36,737 bases of DNA from a virus (IMGVR_UViG_3300043961_000116:1-36737), one strand, 5' to 3'; counted from the stretch's first letter, positions 25,534 to 33,894 are shown. The notes: generated from the sequence alone by a model not told the origin. Program-made: numbers and translations.

Positions 25534-26652
25534 CTAGCTCATTAAACTTTGCATTTTCAATTTGTCACTTTGTTCTTTTTCAGCCATTAGATGACCGTAA
25601 ACGCTCATAATCATGTTTGTATCTGTATGTCCCACCTGTTTTGCAATCATTTCTGGCGAAATACCTTGCGTCAGTAGATAAGAAATGTAGGTGTGTCGCA
25701 GTTTGTGAATGGAAAGCTGATTTTCCTTCACACCATATTCACGTAGCAGCCCCTTGAGATATCTGTTATATGTCGCATTGTGCGGCTTAGCGTCATCCGT
25801 CTGAACAAGCAAGGGAATATCGGGATAGGTACCAAAGTTTTTATTCTTCCAGCTTGAAAAACTATCCATCAAACCGATCAGAGATTCGTCAACGACCACA
25901 TGACGCACTGACGATTCATTCTTTGTAGGCATATAGCCGCCTTCAGGAATTCTATAATTCCAAGTCTTGTTAATATCTACATAACCATCGTCCTCATGAA
26001 TATCACTCTTTTTAAACCCCAGGCTTTCAGCAAAACGTGCTCCCGTATGCGTTAGAAACACAATATCAGCCAGAATAAATTGCTGGCACGTTCCTTTAGT
26101 ATGATTCGACCCGTAAATTGGTTTTTCCCTCAACATGTTTCCCAATTCAAAGTCCGTTCGTGATTTGAACATGCGATACTCGGCCTCAGTCATTACTTTT
26201 GGTGTATTTCGAACCTCATTTTGATGTTCGACACTCCATGTAGATTCAACGGAGGGAACAATTAAACGTGATTTAGGAACAGTTTTGACCAGACCATCAT
26301 CTTGAGCAGATTTCAAGGATTCCATCACATGAACTTTGAAGTCCAACACAGTTTTGTGACGATGATTTTTACCGTACTGGTCCAATAACCATTGCAATGC
26401 CGGACGGTTACTATCGAGGTCATGAAGCATCATGTTCGGTGCGACAGTTTTAAGCCACTTTGCATGTGCAAAATACTTTTTGAGCGTGATCGCACTAATG
26501 CGGCCGTTCTTATACGTGTCTGTCCACCACTCGAAATACTCAGCAAAGCTCATTGCACTTACTTTCTTTTTCCAAAATTGTGAACCCCTGCCTTTTTGCG
26601 ACAGTTGAGCTATATCACTGGATACTGCCTGTAGATCTTGCAAGCGGTCCAC
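25534..26652 (-). CDS. Tyrosine recombinase without an obvious arm-binding domain
   Basis: HTGARFAE (R), PTKN (K), HKLRHT (HxxR), VGH (H), VYGH (Y); core-binding N-terminal domain F.EYF..W...YK; exact start uncertain. Confidence 0.92.
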   Translation of the reverse strand: MDRLQDLQAVSSDIAQLSQKGRGSQFWKKKVSAMSFAEYFEWWTDTYKNGRISAITLKKYFAHAKWLKTVAPNMMLHDLDSNRPALQWLLDQYGKNHRHKTVLDFKVHVMESLKSAQDDGLVKTVPKSRLIVPSVESTWSVEHQNEVRNTPKVMTEAEYRMFKSRTDFELGNMLREKPIYGSNHTKGTCQQFILADIVFLTHTGARFAESLGFKKSDIHEDDGYVDINKTWNYRIPEGGYMPTKNESSVRHVVVDESLIGLMDSFSSWKNKNFGTYPDIPLLVQTDDAKPHNATYNRYLKGLLREYGVKENQLSIHKLRHTYISYLLTQGISPEMIAKQVGHTDTNMIMSVYGHLMAEKEQSDKLKMQSLMS

Positions 26653-27361
26653 CCCATTTCTCTTTAATCTGTAAATTTAGATTAATGTGCTTGATCCATT
26701 CATCCAGATCAGTCTCAACATGTGCCGGATATCTAGCACCAATCCATTTGTTGACCGAAAAATATTTCTTTGCTGCATCGCTGTATGGCATAACGTTGAT
26801 ATCGCTAAATGCTAAAAAATCATCAGTAGGATTCTCTACTAAGAACACACCACGACATTTGCGTGTTAGTGCGTCTCCATGCCACACAACTGCGTTCATC
26901 CCACGAATAGATAAGTTAAACAATAGAAAAGGAATCGCTCTATCAGACAGTTCCTCGCACCAGTAAACGTGCTCATGCGGCATATATGTTATCGGTGTTT
27001 CTTGTAAACGGTCTTGCCACCACTTGTTGATGGTGATTCCTCCCGTGCCAGCAGTTGGCTCAAATGTCATGCCAGTATTTGGGGCCACCAGCTTAGCCAA
27101 AATTTCAGAAACTGAGTTTGGTGTGAAATCTTGCTTCTTACTTTTTCGCTCCGCCTGTTCTTCTTCAAAATAATCATGAAACCAGTCGTAACTGACATCC
27201 GTGGATATTTCGAGAAAAGAACTGAACACTTTTTCACGCAAGGCTTTGTCAAACACAATCTCCATTAACCTATCCGGAACCTTGAATGCTTCGTCGATAC
27301 CTAATAGTCGGTTGACAGTTGCCACATCAAACTTTCTTTCCATTGCCTCGCTCCCTGTCAT
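26615..27361 (-). CDS. N6-MTase-like (HsdM-fragment-like) SAM-binding protein
   Basis: Motif X QDFTP..VS, motif I FEPTAGTGG, motif II EELS, motif III GDAL; expected NPPY/F replaced by ENPTD. Confidence 0.82.
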   Translation of the reverse strand: MTGSEAMERKFDVATVNRLLGIDEAFKVPDRLMEIVFDKALREKVFSSFLEISTDVSYDWFHDYFEEEQAERKSKKQDFTPNSVSEILAKLVAPNTGMTFEPTAGTGGITINKWWQDRLQETPITYMPHEHVYWCEELSDRAIPFLLFNLSIRGMNAVVWHGDALTRKCRGVFLVENPTDDFLAFSDINVMPYSDAAKKYFSVNKWIGARYPAHVETDLDEWIKHINLNLQIKEKWGGPLARSTGSIQ

Positions 27362-27821
27362 GAATGCTTACTTCCAACCTGCTCAAGACTATTCCAGCTC
27401 TGGTAACGTCGGGATTAGAAGTGATTCGTTTGTAATAATTAATTGAACCCATTGCTCGCGAAGAAACCATAATTAGATTGTCAAGTTCACAATTTGTGCG
27501 ATCTCCATCGGCAAAGATAATTTTCATACCTTTGGGAATCGGCCCATTAGCTTTTTCCCAGACAATGAGCTGCTTATTGACCCAATGCCCAGGGCTCACT
27601 TTCACCCAGACATAGCCGTCTTTATGCACTGTCTCTGTTCCAACTGGTACCCTGTATCTCAAGAGTCCACTACTAAGTCCGTGACGGCTTTTAAATGACC
27701 GTAGAGAAGCCACCTTTGGTATTCGGCCAAACTGTTTTATAAAAATATCTTTTAATTCCAACAATGTCCGGCCCTTGTAATTGTCATAAATAAACTGGCT
27801 TTCATCTTTTGTGAATCTCAT
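27327..27821 (-). CDS. HNH-like protein with N-terminal helical DNA-binding domain
   Basis: PVGTE...DGY..VKV, VWE...GPIPKG, IIFADGD..N..LDNL; first catalytic His position is Phe. Confidence 0.8.
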   Translation of the reverse strand: MRFTKDESQFIYDNYKGRTLLELKDIFIKQFGRIPKVASLRSFKSRHGLSSGLLRYRVPVGTETVHKDGYVWVKVSPGHWVNKQLIVWEKANGPIPKGMKIIFADGDRTNCELDNLIMVSSRAMGSINYYKRITSNPDVTRAGIVLSRLEVSIHDRERGNGKKV

Positions 27822-27824
27822 TTG

Positions 27825-28115
27825 CTACTCCAACATTTTTGGCTTTTGGGCACCGACTGCCAAATCATCGCCATATAATCTTTGCGCAGATAATACAACT
27901 TGAGCATTGTTAACGACTACATTAGCGATACCAGCAACCGCTTTGGCACGCGCAGTTTCTTTTGCAATTTCTTCTCCAGTCAAACTTTCGTCGCCTAAAC
28001 GGTCTAATTCATCAAACAGATGATCGTTCAGTGTACTCAAATTGTGATCAGCAGCCTGTACATCATTCGGTAATTTTTGTTTATTATTCATTGCTACCTG
28101 CCTCCGCGCTCTCAA
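27825..28115 (-). CDS. Conserved phage protein partnered with the HNH-like gene
   Basis: N.LS.LNDHLF.ELDRL.DE.L..E..RAKAV pattern. Confidence 0.7.
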   Translation of the reverse strand: MRARRQVAMNNKQKLPNDVQAADHNLSTLNDHLFDELDRLGDESLTGEEIAKETARAKAVAGIANVVVNNAQVVLSAQRLYGDDLAVGAQKPKMLE

Positions 28116-28411
28116 TCGTCATTTGGATAATTCAAGTCACTGACCTCAACTGGCCTATATGCTTTTTTAAATACATCGTCATTAACAACCTCGTGCGCTC
28201 CATTAGAATCTGTCTCAATCCAGTCGCCATAATTGATATTCGCGTAACCACCGCGTACTTTAATCATGTATACGCCACGCGGCACTAAATCATCGTCCAT
28301 CACTTGCTCAATGGAACTAACTTCTGTTTGAATGCGAATGTGATACTTACGTGCCACTGTCAATGAATCAAATTGCTCCATCTCAACCATCGTCGTTTTT
28401 GCGTACATCAT
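28112..28411 (-). CDS. Hypothetical phage protein
   Basis: GDWI....G.......DVFKK.Y motif common in phage accessory genes. Confidence 0.7.
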   Translation of the reverse strand: MMYAKTTMVEMEQFDSLTVARKYHIRIQTEVSSIEQVMDDDLVPRGVYMIKVRGGYANINYGDWIETDSNGAHEVVNDDVFKKAYRPVEVSDLNYPNDD

Positions 28412-28508
28412 TGTTCATCACCACTTACGTGCCAGTCACCAAGCCGTAGCATTTCTGCTATTGCCTGATCAACTCGCACACCTTTCACTTGATATTTTTT
28501 TGGTGAGT

Positions 28509-28589
28509 TCATGCTCTCGGCCCACCTCCGTTTTTTTAATCAGATATAACTAAGATGGCAAGCACTAAGATGTAATAAGTGTTATTCAT
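28509..28589 (-). pseudogene. Nonsense-interrupted paralogue of the 33-aa TM peptide
   Basis: MNNTYYILVLAILVISD*KNGGGPRA* aligns with 23387..23488. Confidence 0.45.
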
Positions 28590-28755
28590 CGTCAGTCACC
28601 TCCAACTGTTCCTTGTTGTAATCGATAATGCGTTGATAGCCGTTGTTGGCTTGCCACGCGCAATCATACAGACCACACAGATCAAGTTTGTTGATTGCAT
28701 TGTTAGCGGCATCGATGGCCTTTTGCGCAGCGTCTACGTCAGCTTTAGTCGTCAT
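28582..28755 (-). CDS. 57-aa hypothetical protein
   Basis: MTTKADVDAAQKAIDAANNAINKLDL...EVTDDE; SD GAGGT; coupled at both ends. Confidence 0.65.
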   Translation of the reverse strand: MTTKADVDAAQKAIDAANNAINKLDLCGLYDCAWQANNGYQRIIDYNKEQLEVTDDE

Positions 28756-29236
28756 CGTCGGTTACCTCTTTCCGTTCGCAGTCTTGCAAACCGTATTGTT
28801 CGATCTCTGATTCGGTGAATTGAGCTAAGTCTTCGTCAAGGTCAACATAAAATGTATCCCCAGCGATGCAGTCGTTAGCATCAATCTTTTTAAAGTAGCT
28901 ATTGACAGCATATGGCACCTTGACGTTGTATTTCTTATCCTTTTCCACGGTGTAGCCGTTGACGTAAGCTTTCATCAGTAACTCTTCGTCATCAGATTTG
29001 CTAGAAATATAGCAAGCCGGAAGCTTATCGTTATGCGCCTTTTCAATGATTTTTGCTTGTTCATTGGTTAGCACTGCCTTTTCAGGTTCCTCAATCAAAG
29101 TGACAACGTGGCCACCATGCTCATCAGCCACTAGTTTAGCCTGTTCTTTACTATTTGTGGTCGAGCTAAACACGCTGCTTAGTTCCCAGTATTTCCCTTC
29201 ATCGTTCTTTACCGCGTACAATTTTTCTTCGCTCAT
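28745..29236 (-). CDS. DUF1642-like protein
   Basis: EPEK.VL, L.KAY.NGYTVEK.KKY.V..P, QFTESEIE. Confidence 0.78.
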   Translation of the reverse strand: MSEEKLYAVKNDEGKYWELSSVFSSTTNSKEQAKLVADEHGGHVVTLIEEPEKAVLTNEQAKIIEKAHNDKLPACYISSKSDDEELLMKAYVNGYTVEKDKKYNVKVPYAVNSYFKKIDANDCIAGDTFYVDLDEDLAQFTESEIEQYGLQDCERKEVTDDDD

Positions 29237-29460
29237 TTTTCTTCCTCCAATTTTTTCAATTCATCTCGCACGATTGAAACGGCTTCTTCGCCTGAGCGTG
29301 CCACGCCGTAAATAACATTTTTATATCGTAACCCGTTCGTCGCTTGTTCATATTGCTTGTGAATGAAATCTGTGCAGTTAGGACATGGCCCAACAGTCAT
29401 GATTCCAGCTGAAACTTCTGTATGAACAATCTTTGTACCGCCGCATAATGAACATGTCAT
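29233..29460 (-). CDS. Small CxxC..CxxC zinc-binding protein, probably chimeric
   Basis: CSLC and CPNC; C-terminus VIYGVARSGEEAV resembles a VRR-NUC tail. Confidence 0.65.
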   Translation of the reverse strand: MTCSLCGGTKIVHTEVSAGIMTVGPCPNCTDFIHKQYEQATNGLRYKNVIYGVARSGEEAVSIVRDELKKLEEEK

Positions 29461-30242
29461 ACGTTGCGCACCCCTTTCATATCAGCAAAAAGCAATTGGT
29501 GCTCGGGATTCTTGGGATAAATTCGATCAATGAACTTCCCCTCGTACATTTGCTTTAACTGTTGCTTTGTGTTGTTTGTCGTCACAATTGTGGTCCCGTG
29601 AACTTGATTATTGTCGAAATCCACACGGGCATTTGAGACCTGATACATTAAGTCCTGTAAATCTTTGTGTACCGGCCGAAAATGACCGGTCATTCCACCT
29701 TCGGTTCCGAAGTCATCTAGCACAAGTACATCAACCTCAATCATCGCTCGTCTGATGTCACGAATCTTCTGGGCAATATCAGTACTGTCATACTTAGCGT
29801 TGATGAGACTCAACAGTTCAGCAGTCGAAACAAACATGCCGCTTTTACCAGCGTGCTCATTATTTGTACTCATCAAACTGTTCATCATGGCAAGTGCTAA
29901 TGAAGTCTTACCAACCCCACGATCACCCATTAAAACAACATTGAACTGTTGCGCTTGTAGTTGGCTAGCTAATTTAAACGCCTTGTTTCCTAACGTCTTG
30001 GCCTGTTCAACGTTTACTTGCTTAGTGACATCCCAGTCGCCAAATGTGAATTTTAACGGCTTACCACCTGACCAGACTGACATCCGGTAATAGTGGCTCT
30101 TTTTCTGTGTAGCCAAATCATTAATGGCTTTATCAACGAACTTTTGTTCAATTTCTTCCTTGCTTGGCAAGTTATTCATATCAACGTTATGGGCATGAGC
30201 AATCCGCTTAATATAAGCATTCTCAAATTTCAGTGCTTTCAT
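29457..30242 (-). CDS. DnaC/IstB-like ATPase (helicase loader)
   Basis: Walker A GDRGVGKT, Walker B LVLDDFG, TIVTTN; follows the initiator. Confidence 0.92.
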   Translation of the reverse strand: MKALKFENAYIKRIAHAHNVDMNNLPSKEEIEQKFVDKAINDLATQKKSHYYRMSVWSGGKPLKFTFGDWDVTKQVNVEQAKTLGNKAFKLASQLQAQQFNVVLMGDRGVGKTSLALAMMNSLMSTNNEHAGKSGMFVSTAELLSLINAKYDSTDIAQKIRDIRRAMIEVDVLVLDDFGTEGGMTGHFRPVHKDLQDLMYQVSNARVDFDNNQVHGTTIVTTNNTKQQLKQMYEGKFIDRIYPKNPEHQLLFADMKGVRNV

Positions 30243-31037
30243 CTAGTCGCCTGTCCAATCTTTCAAATCCATTTTTAGCGATTGCTCTTGTGCCGGAATA
30301 TTGTTTACATAGCCCTCAAACTTACTAGCTCTAAACAGCGTAGACGGCTGTAAAAACTTGTTCATCTTGACGTCCCTCAACCATTCAGCAGTTTTACTAT
30401 CGATCACTTTGCGCATATCATCAGCAGTATAGCCCTCTTTATGACGTGCCATAATGACCGTCTTGTTGGTTGCTGTATGTTTGAAGTGCTTACCTGTTTT
30501 CTCATTCAAATAATCGATAACTGACTGCCAAGGAAACATGTTATCTTTATTTACTTCTGTATCTGAGTCTGAGTCTGAGTCTGAGTCTGAGTCTGTTGCG
30601 TTACGTAACGTTACCGTAGCGTTACTGCTGGCGTTACCTATTTTTTTACTTTTTTGTTTATCTCGGTAGCGCCTAACTCTATCTGCTGTCAGGTTTCTGA
30701 CATGTTCCATTTGTTCAACGTTTTGATGTTTTTCCCAATTAGTAACTTGTAGCATTCCGTTTTCTCTAATACCAATCATTTGAAACTTTGATAACGTATT
30801 TAGTGCTAAACGTATTACGTTTATCTTCTTGTTGAATAGCGCAGCTAAAGTTTCATCTGTGTATGGCATGTCGCGTTGAATGTAGATCAGGCCGTCATCA
30901 TTAGTTTTTCCGGCTAGTACCAGCAACCGCACCCAAATAATCAGAATTGAATCAGCTTCAGGCATGGCCTCAATGAGCCTAATTTTCTCGTCGTCAAACA
31001 TTGATGTCTTTAGTTTGATCCAATGAATGTCTGACAT
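30243..31037 (-). CDS. Replication initiator (replisome organiser)
   Basis: WIKL...MFDDEKI..IE.MPE.D, NWEKHQN, C-terminal IDYLNEK.GK.FK...PSTLF...KFEGY. Confidence 0.93.
   Translation of the reverse strand: MSDIHWIKLKTSMFDDEKIRLIEAMPEADSILIIWVRLLVLAGKTNDDGLIYIQRDMPYTDETLAALFNKKINVIRLALNTLSKFQMIGIRENGMLQVTNWEKHQNVEQMEHVRNLTADRVRRYRDKQKSKKIGNASSNATVTLRNATDSDSDSDSDSDTEVNKDNMFPWQSVIDYLNEKTGKHFKHTATNKTVIMARHKEGYTADDMRKVIDSKTAEWLRDVKMNKFLQPSTLFRASKFEGYVNNIPAQEQSLKMDLKDWTGD
30545..30660. repeat. Probable replication origin inside the initiator gene
   Basis: (TCTGAG)x5 at 30562..30591; CGTTAC x4 between 30599 and 30637, spaced 10-12 bp; palindrome CGTTACGTAACG; flanking T-rich tracts. Confidence 0.72.
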
Positions 31038-31048
31038 GCTACTACCTC

Positions 31049-31564
31049 CTAGAACGGCAAGTCACTGTCTGAAATGTTGACATCGTTGTCAGTTCTTTCA
31101 AATGGATCGCTTGCCTTGTCTGCTGTTTTGAAAGCGTGACCGACTTCTGGGAAATTAGTTGTTTTCATTGCCTTAACGTTTAGATTTTTTCCCGATTTTC
31201 CTTTGCTTTCCCACTCTTCATTCTTAACAGTGACCAGTAGTGGCTTGTGGTATAGCTTGTCAAAGTAGTCGTCTAAACTGTCAAAATGTGTGTGGTTAGG
31301 CAGCCCAGCAGCTTTGGCAACGCCGTACAACATACCTTTTGGATATTTACCGTCTTTCTTGCTTGGGAAAATGCGGTAAAAGATGTGTGCGTTGCTAAAA
31401 CGTTGATCCTTGATGTCGTTACGAATAATAAAATCAAATTGAATGTAATCAAGCCCAGAATGTTCAAAAGTGTCTTGCTTTGAGTTACCAATAACAACTT
31501 CATACGTTCCATCTTCAACACCGAATTCTTTTACTTCTGAATAGTCCAAATCAAATCCTGACAT
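31049..31564 (-). CDS. DUF669-type ssDNA-binding protein
   Basis: G.YEV.I, IRND, acidic C-terminal tail DSDLPF. Confidence 0.85.
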   Translation of the reverse strand: MSGFDLDYSEVKEFGVEDGTYEVVIGNSKQDTFEHSGLDYIQFDFIIRNDIKDQRFSNAHIFYRIFPSKKDGKYPKGMLYGVAKAAGLPNHTHFDSLDDYFDKLYHKPLLVTVKNEEWESKGKSGKNLNVKAMKTTNFPEVGHAFKTADKASDPFERTDNDVNISDSDLPF

Positions 31565-32313
31565 TATTCGTTACCTTCCTTTTTCTTGGCTACTGGTTTA
31601 TGTTTTCCAAATTCAAATACTTCTTCGATTGGGGCAATTGTGCGTTCGTCAAGTCGATTCTTCGCATAAACTGTGTTGTTTCCTTCTAGCATTGCCCCGC
31701 GGTTACCTGTTTTAGGGTTAACGATTAAACGTGCTACGACGTCAGCAAGCCCTAAGAACCCATTCAATGACTTCAAGCGCACGTCTGGTGCATATTGGCT
31801 GAATGTCTGACCGCTTTCTAGTTCGTTATCAATCTTTTGCTCCCAAGCCGTAATTAAAATGTTTACGTTTGGAATCATGTAAAGTGTTGTCACAATACGA
31901 GCAAAGTAGTTAGTCCACTGTGAGTAATCCTGAATTTCGTTTGAAATACCGTTGTGACTTTTGCGACCCATTTCAACGAACCAATCCTTTTCAAGACTTG
32001 AAACGTTGTCGATAACCACGTTGTTAAACTTCTTGCTGATTTCTTTTAGATCAGGGTCAGACAGAAAGGTATTCATGTCCTCAATTGGATGTTCACGATC
32101 AAAAGGACGACCTTCTTTTGTTCCGTTATCAAACTTATACAACTCAATATTTGGAATGCCTGACAAAACCTTGCTTGAATTATCTAAATCTAAGAGCAGT
32201 GTTTTACCAGGTAAATACTGAATGCTAGTCGTTTTACCTTGCCCAGCTTTGGCATATAAAATCATTTTCCAATTGCTGTCCTTTAAAATGTTGCTGGTGC
32301 TTTGTGTGATCAT
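31564..32313 (-). CDS. AAA_24 / Sak4-like ATPase recombinase
   Basis: YAKAGQGKTT, LDLD, VVIDN, TAWE, AKNRL; lies between Gp157 and SSB. Confidence 0.88.
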   Translation of the reverse strand: MITQSTSNILKDSNWKMILYAKAGQGKTTSIQYLPGKTLLLDLDNSSKVLSGIPNIELYKFDNGTKEGRPFDREHPIEDMNTFLSDPDLKEISKKFNNVVIDNVSSLEKDWFVEMGRKSHNGISNEIQDYSQWTNYFARIVTTLYMIPNVNILITAWEQKIDNELESGQTFSQYAPDVRLKSLNGFLGLADVVARLIVNPKTGNRGAMLEGNNTVYAKNRLDERTIAPIEEVFEFGKHKPVAKKKEGNE

Positions 32314-32322
32314 TGCTTTCTC

Positions 32323-32811
32323 CTAACTAATGCGTAGTGATTCACCTTGCTCTAAGTGTGCCCCGTTGACCTCTAACCCATTTTTTAAAGCGTCCTTGAG
32401 TTGTGACTTATTAAGTTCCTTAACTTCATGGATCGTGAAAAACTTGTCTGGCAAAAGTGACTCGTCGTTGACCATCAACTTGACTGGGTTCTTTTGAATC
32501 CGGACTGAACCACGTACCGATTCAATCTTCTTAATGTTTGCCAAGTTCATTGAGTTAAGTAAGAACTGTTTCATGTACTTTTGATTGTTAGCAATGCGTT
32601 TACGTTCTGCTTGGAGCCGTTTAATTTCAGCATCATACTTTGCTAGGGTTGAATTAGTCTCTTTAATTACGACTGCATAGTTAGCACTCTTGTCCTCAAT
32701 TCCACCTGCAATAGCTTCTAAGGTGTCATCTAACATCTTTGGATCATCTACCTCACCAATCAGTGAAAGTACACGTTGGTAGTTGCTATCAAGTTCGTAT
32801 AATGTTGGCAT
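32323..32811 (-). CDS. Siphovirus Gp157 family protein
   Basis: TLYEL, DTLE.I, E.KRL, LK.G..V.GA.L....SLRI. Confidence 0.92.
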   Translation of the reverse strand: MPTLYELDSNYQRVLSLIGEVDDPKMLDDTLEAIAGGIEDKSANYAVVIKETNSTLAKYDAEIKRLQAERKRIANNQKYMKQFLLNSMNLANIKKIESVRGSVRIQKNPVKLMVNDESLLPDKFFTIHEVKELNKSQLKDALKNGLEVNGAHLEQGESLRIS

Positions 32812-33149
32812 TATGCGTCCTCCTCATTATTGACAAGCGTTGCACCAATTGATTCCATGAGGTTGTCGCTAGTGATGTAGTTATCACTAGTCAGCCAGTC
32901 AAATACGTCAGCAGATGAGTTTTCGTCAATCAATGCGCTAATTAATTCTGAAATACCTACAGGGTTGATTTCCGTAACTAACGAATACAACCATTTATCA
33001 ACATCTTCATCAGCAATCAAATCACCGTGGTACATCCAAATCTTCTGGTACGTGTAAGTCATGTCGCCTTTATAGTCGGTGCCGAACTCTACTCGGTTAT
33101 CGACTGGATCACCGACCATGCCGTTTTGTAAATCTCGCGCATTAGTCAT
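32811..33149 (-). CDS. Hypothetical acidic protein
   Basis: 112 aa ORF coupled to neighbours. Confidence 0.65.
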   Translation of the reverse strand: MTNARDLQNGMVGDPVDNRVEFGTDYKGDMTYTYQKIWMYHGDLIADEDVDKWLYSLVTEINPVGISELISALIDENSSADVFDWLTSDNYITSDNLMESIGATLVNNEEDA

Positions 33150-33582
33150 GTTCAGTCACCTCAGCTTTTTCAAAATATTTGCCGTAATATTTAATGAACC
33201 AATCACGTTTGTTCCGAAGACTATCCAACCCATGCTGCTTTTCGGTAATGCTGTTATCCATTGCCTCAACAACACTGTCCTTATCCAAATCCAGTGAATC
33301 AGGTGTGGAAGGTAAAATTTGCTGATCTTTTGTATCCTTGTTGATATTGATTATTTTGATGTCCGCAGTCGTAAAGCCTTTTTCAAACACGGCAACTTGA
33401 ATGGTCGGCAACTCCTTAAAGTTGTAAAAGCCAATAATTGTGCCATCTTGAATGTGAGTGTCGGAATAATCTTTGTTTAAAACTTTTACTGAGTCGCCAA
33501 CTTTAAATGTGTCAATACGTTTTGCGGTACTCATGTCAACTTCAAAATGAATCCCATTAATTTCTACTTGTTCTTTAGCCAT
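33142..33582 (-). CDS. Hypothetical protein
   Basis: 146 aa; SD AGGAG; SH3-like FKVGD.VKV segment. Confidence 0.7.
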   Translation of the reverse strand: MAKEQVEINGIHFEVDMSTAKRIDTFKVGDSVKVLNKDYSDTHIQDGTIIGFYNFKELPTIQVAVFEKGFTTADIKIININKDTKDQQILPSTPDSLDLDKDSVVEAMDNSITEKQHGLDSLRNKRDWFIKYYGKYFEKAEVTEHD

Positions 33583-33622
33583 TGTTTTTTTCTCCTAGAA
33601 TTTGTTGTTTATATAGTCCGAT

Positions 33623-33805
33623 TTATTTCTTAGCAGTGTTGAGTGTTGCTAGTGCGGTTGCTGAACTGCCGGTCATCAATCCGCCTTCACGTTGCAACTG
33701 GATTAGTGGCTCACGTTGGTGTTTAAGAATGGTGAACACGTCATCCAACACGCCTTTTTCAATCTGGTGTAACTGGTCGACTGTTAACTCTGATGTCGAT
33801 GCCAT
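33623..33805 (-). CDS. Hypothetical protein
   Basis: 60 aa; SD AAAGG. Confidence 0.55.
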   Translation of the reverse strand: MASTSELTVDQLHQIEKGVLDDVFTILKHQREPLIQLQREGGLMTGSSATALATLNTAKK

Positions 33806-33894
33806 TTGCGTTCTCTGCCTTTCTGATAGATAATATTCTCGAATAATTTATTTCTAAGTGACCGATTGGAGTGCCAGCTCCAGTCGGCCTTTTT
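33806..33894 (+). ncRNA. Putative antisense sRNA unit (promoter plus terminator)
   Basis: TTGCGT-N17-GATAAT (33806..33834); hairpin CCGATTGGAGT-GCCA-GCTCCAGTCGG (33862..33887), then T5. Confidence 0.5.

Noticed and set aside
25534-26652. Calling the tyrosine recombinase the prophage integrase
   Set aside because: Wrong position and orientation relative to cI, no obvious arm domain, and no adjacent non-coding attP-like region
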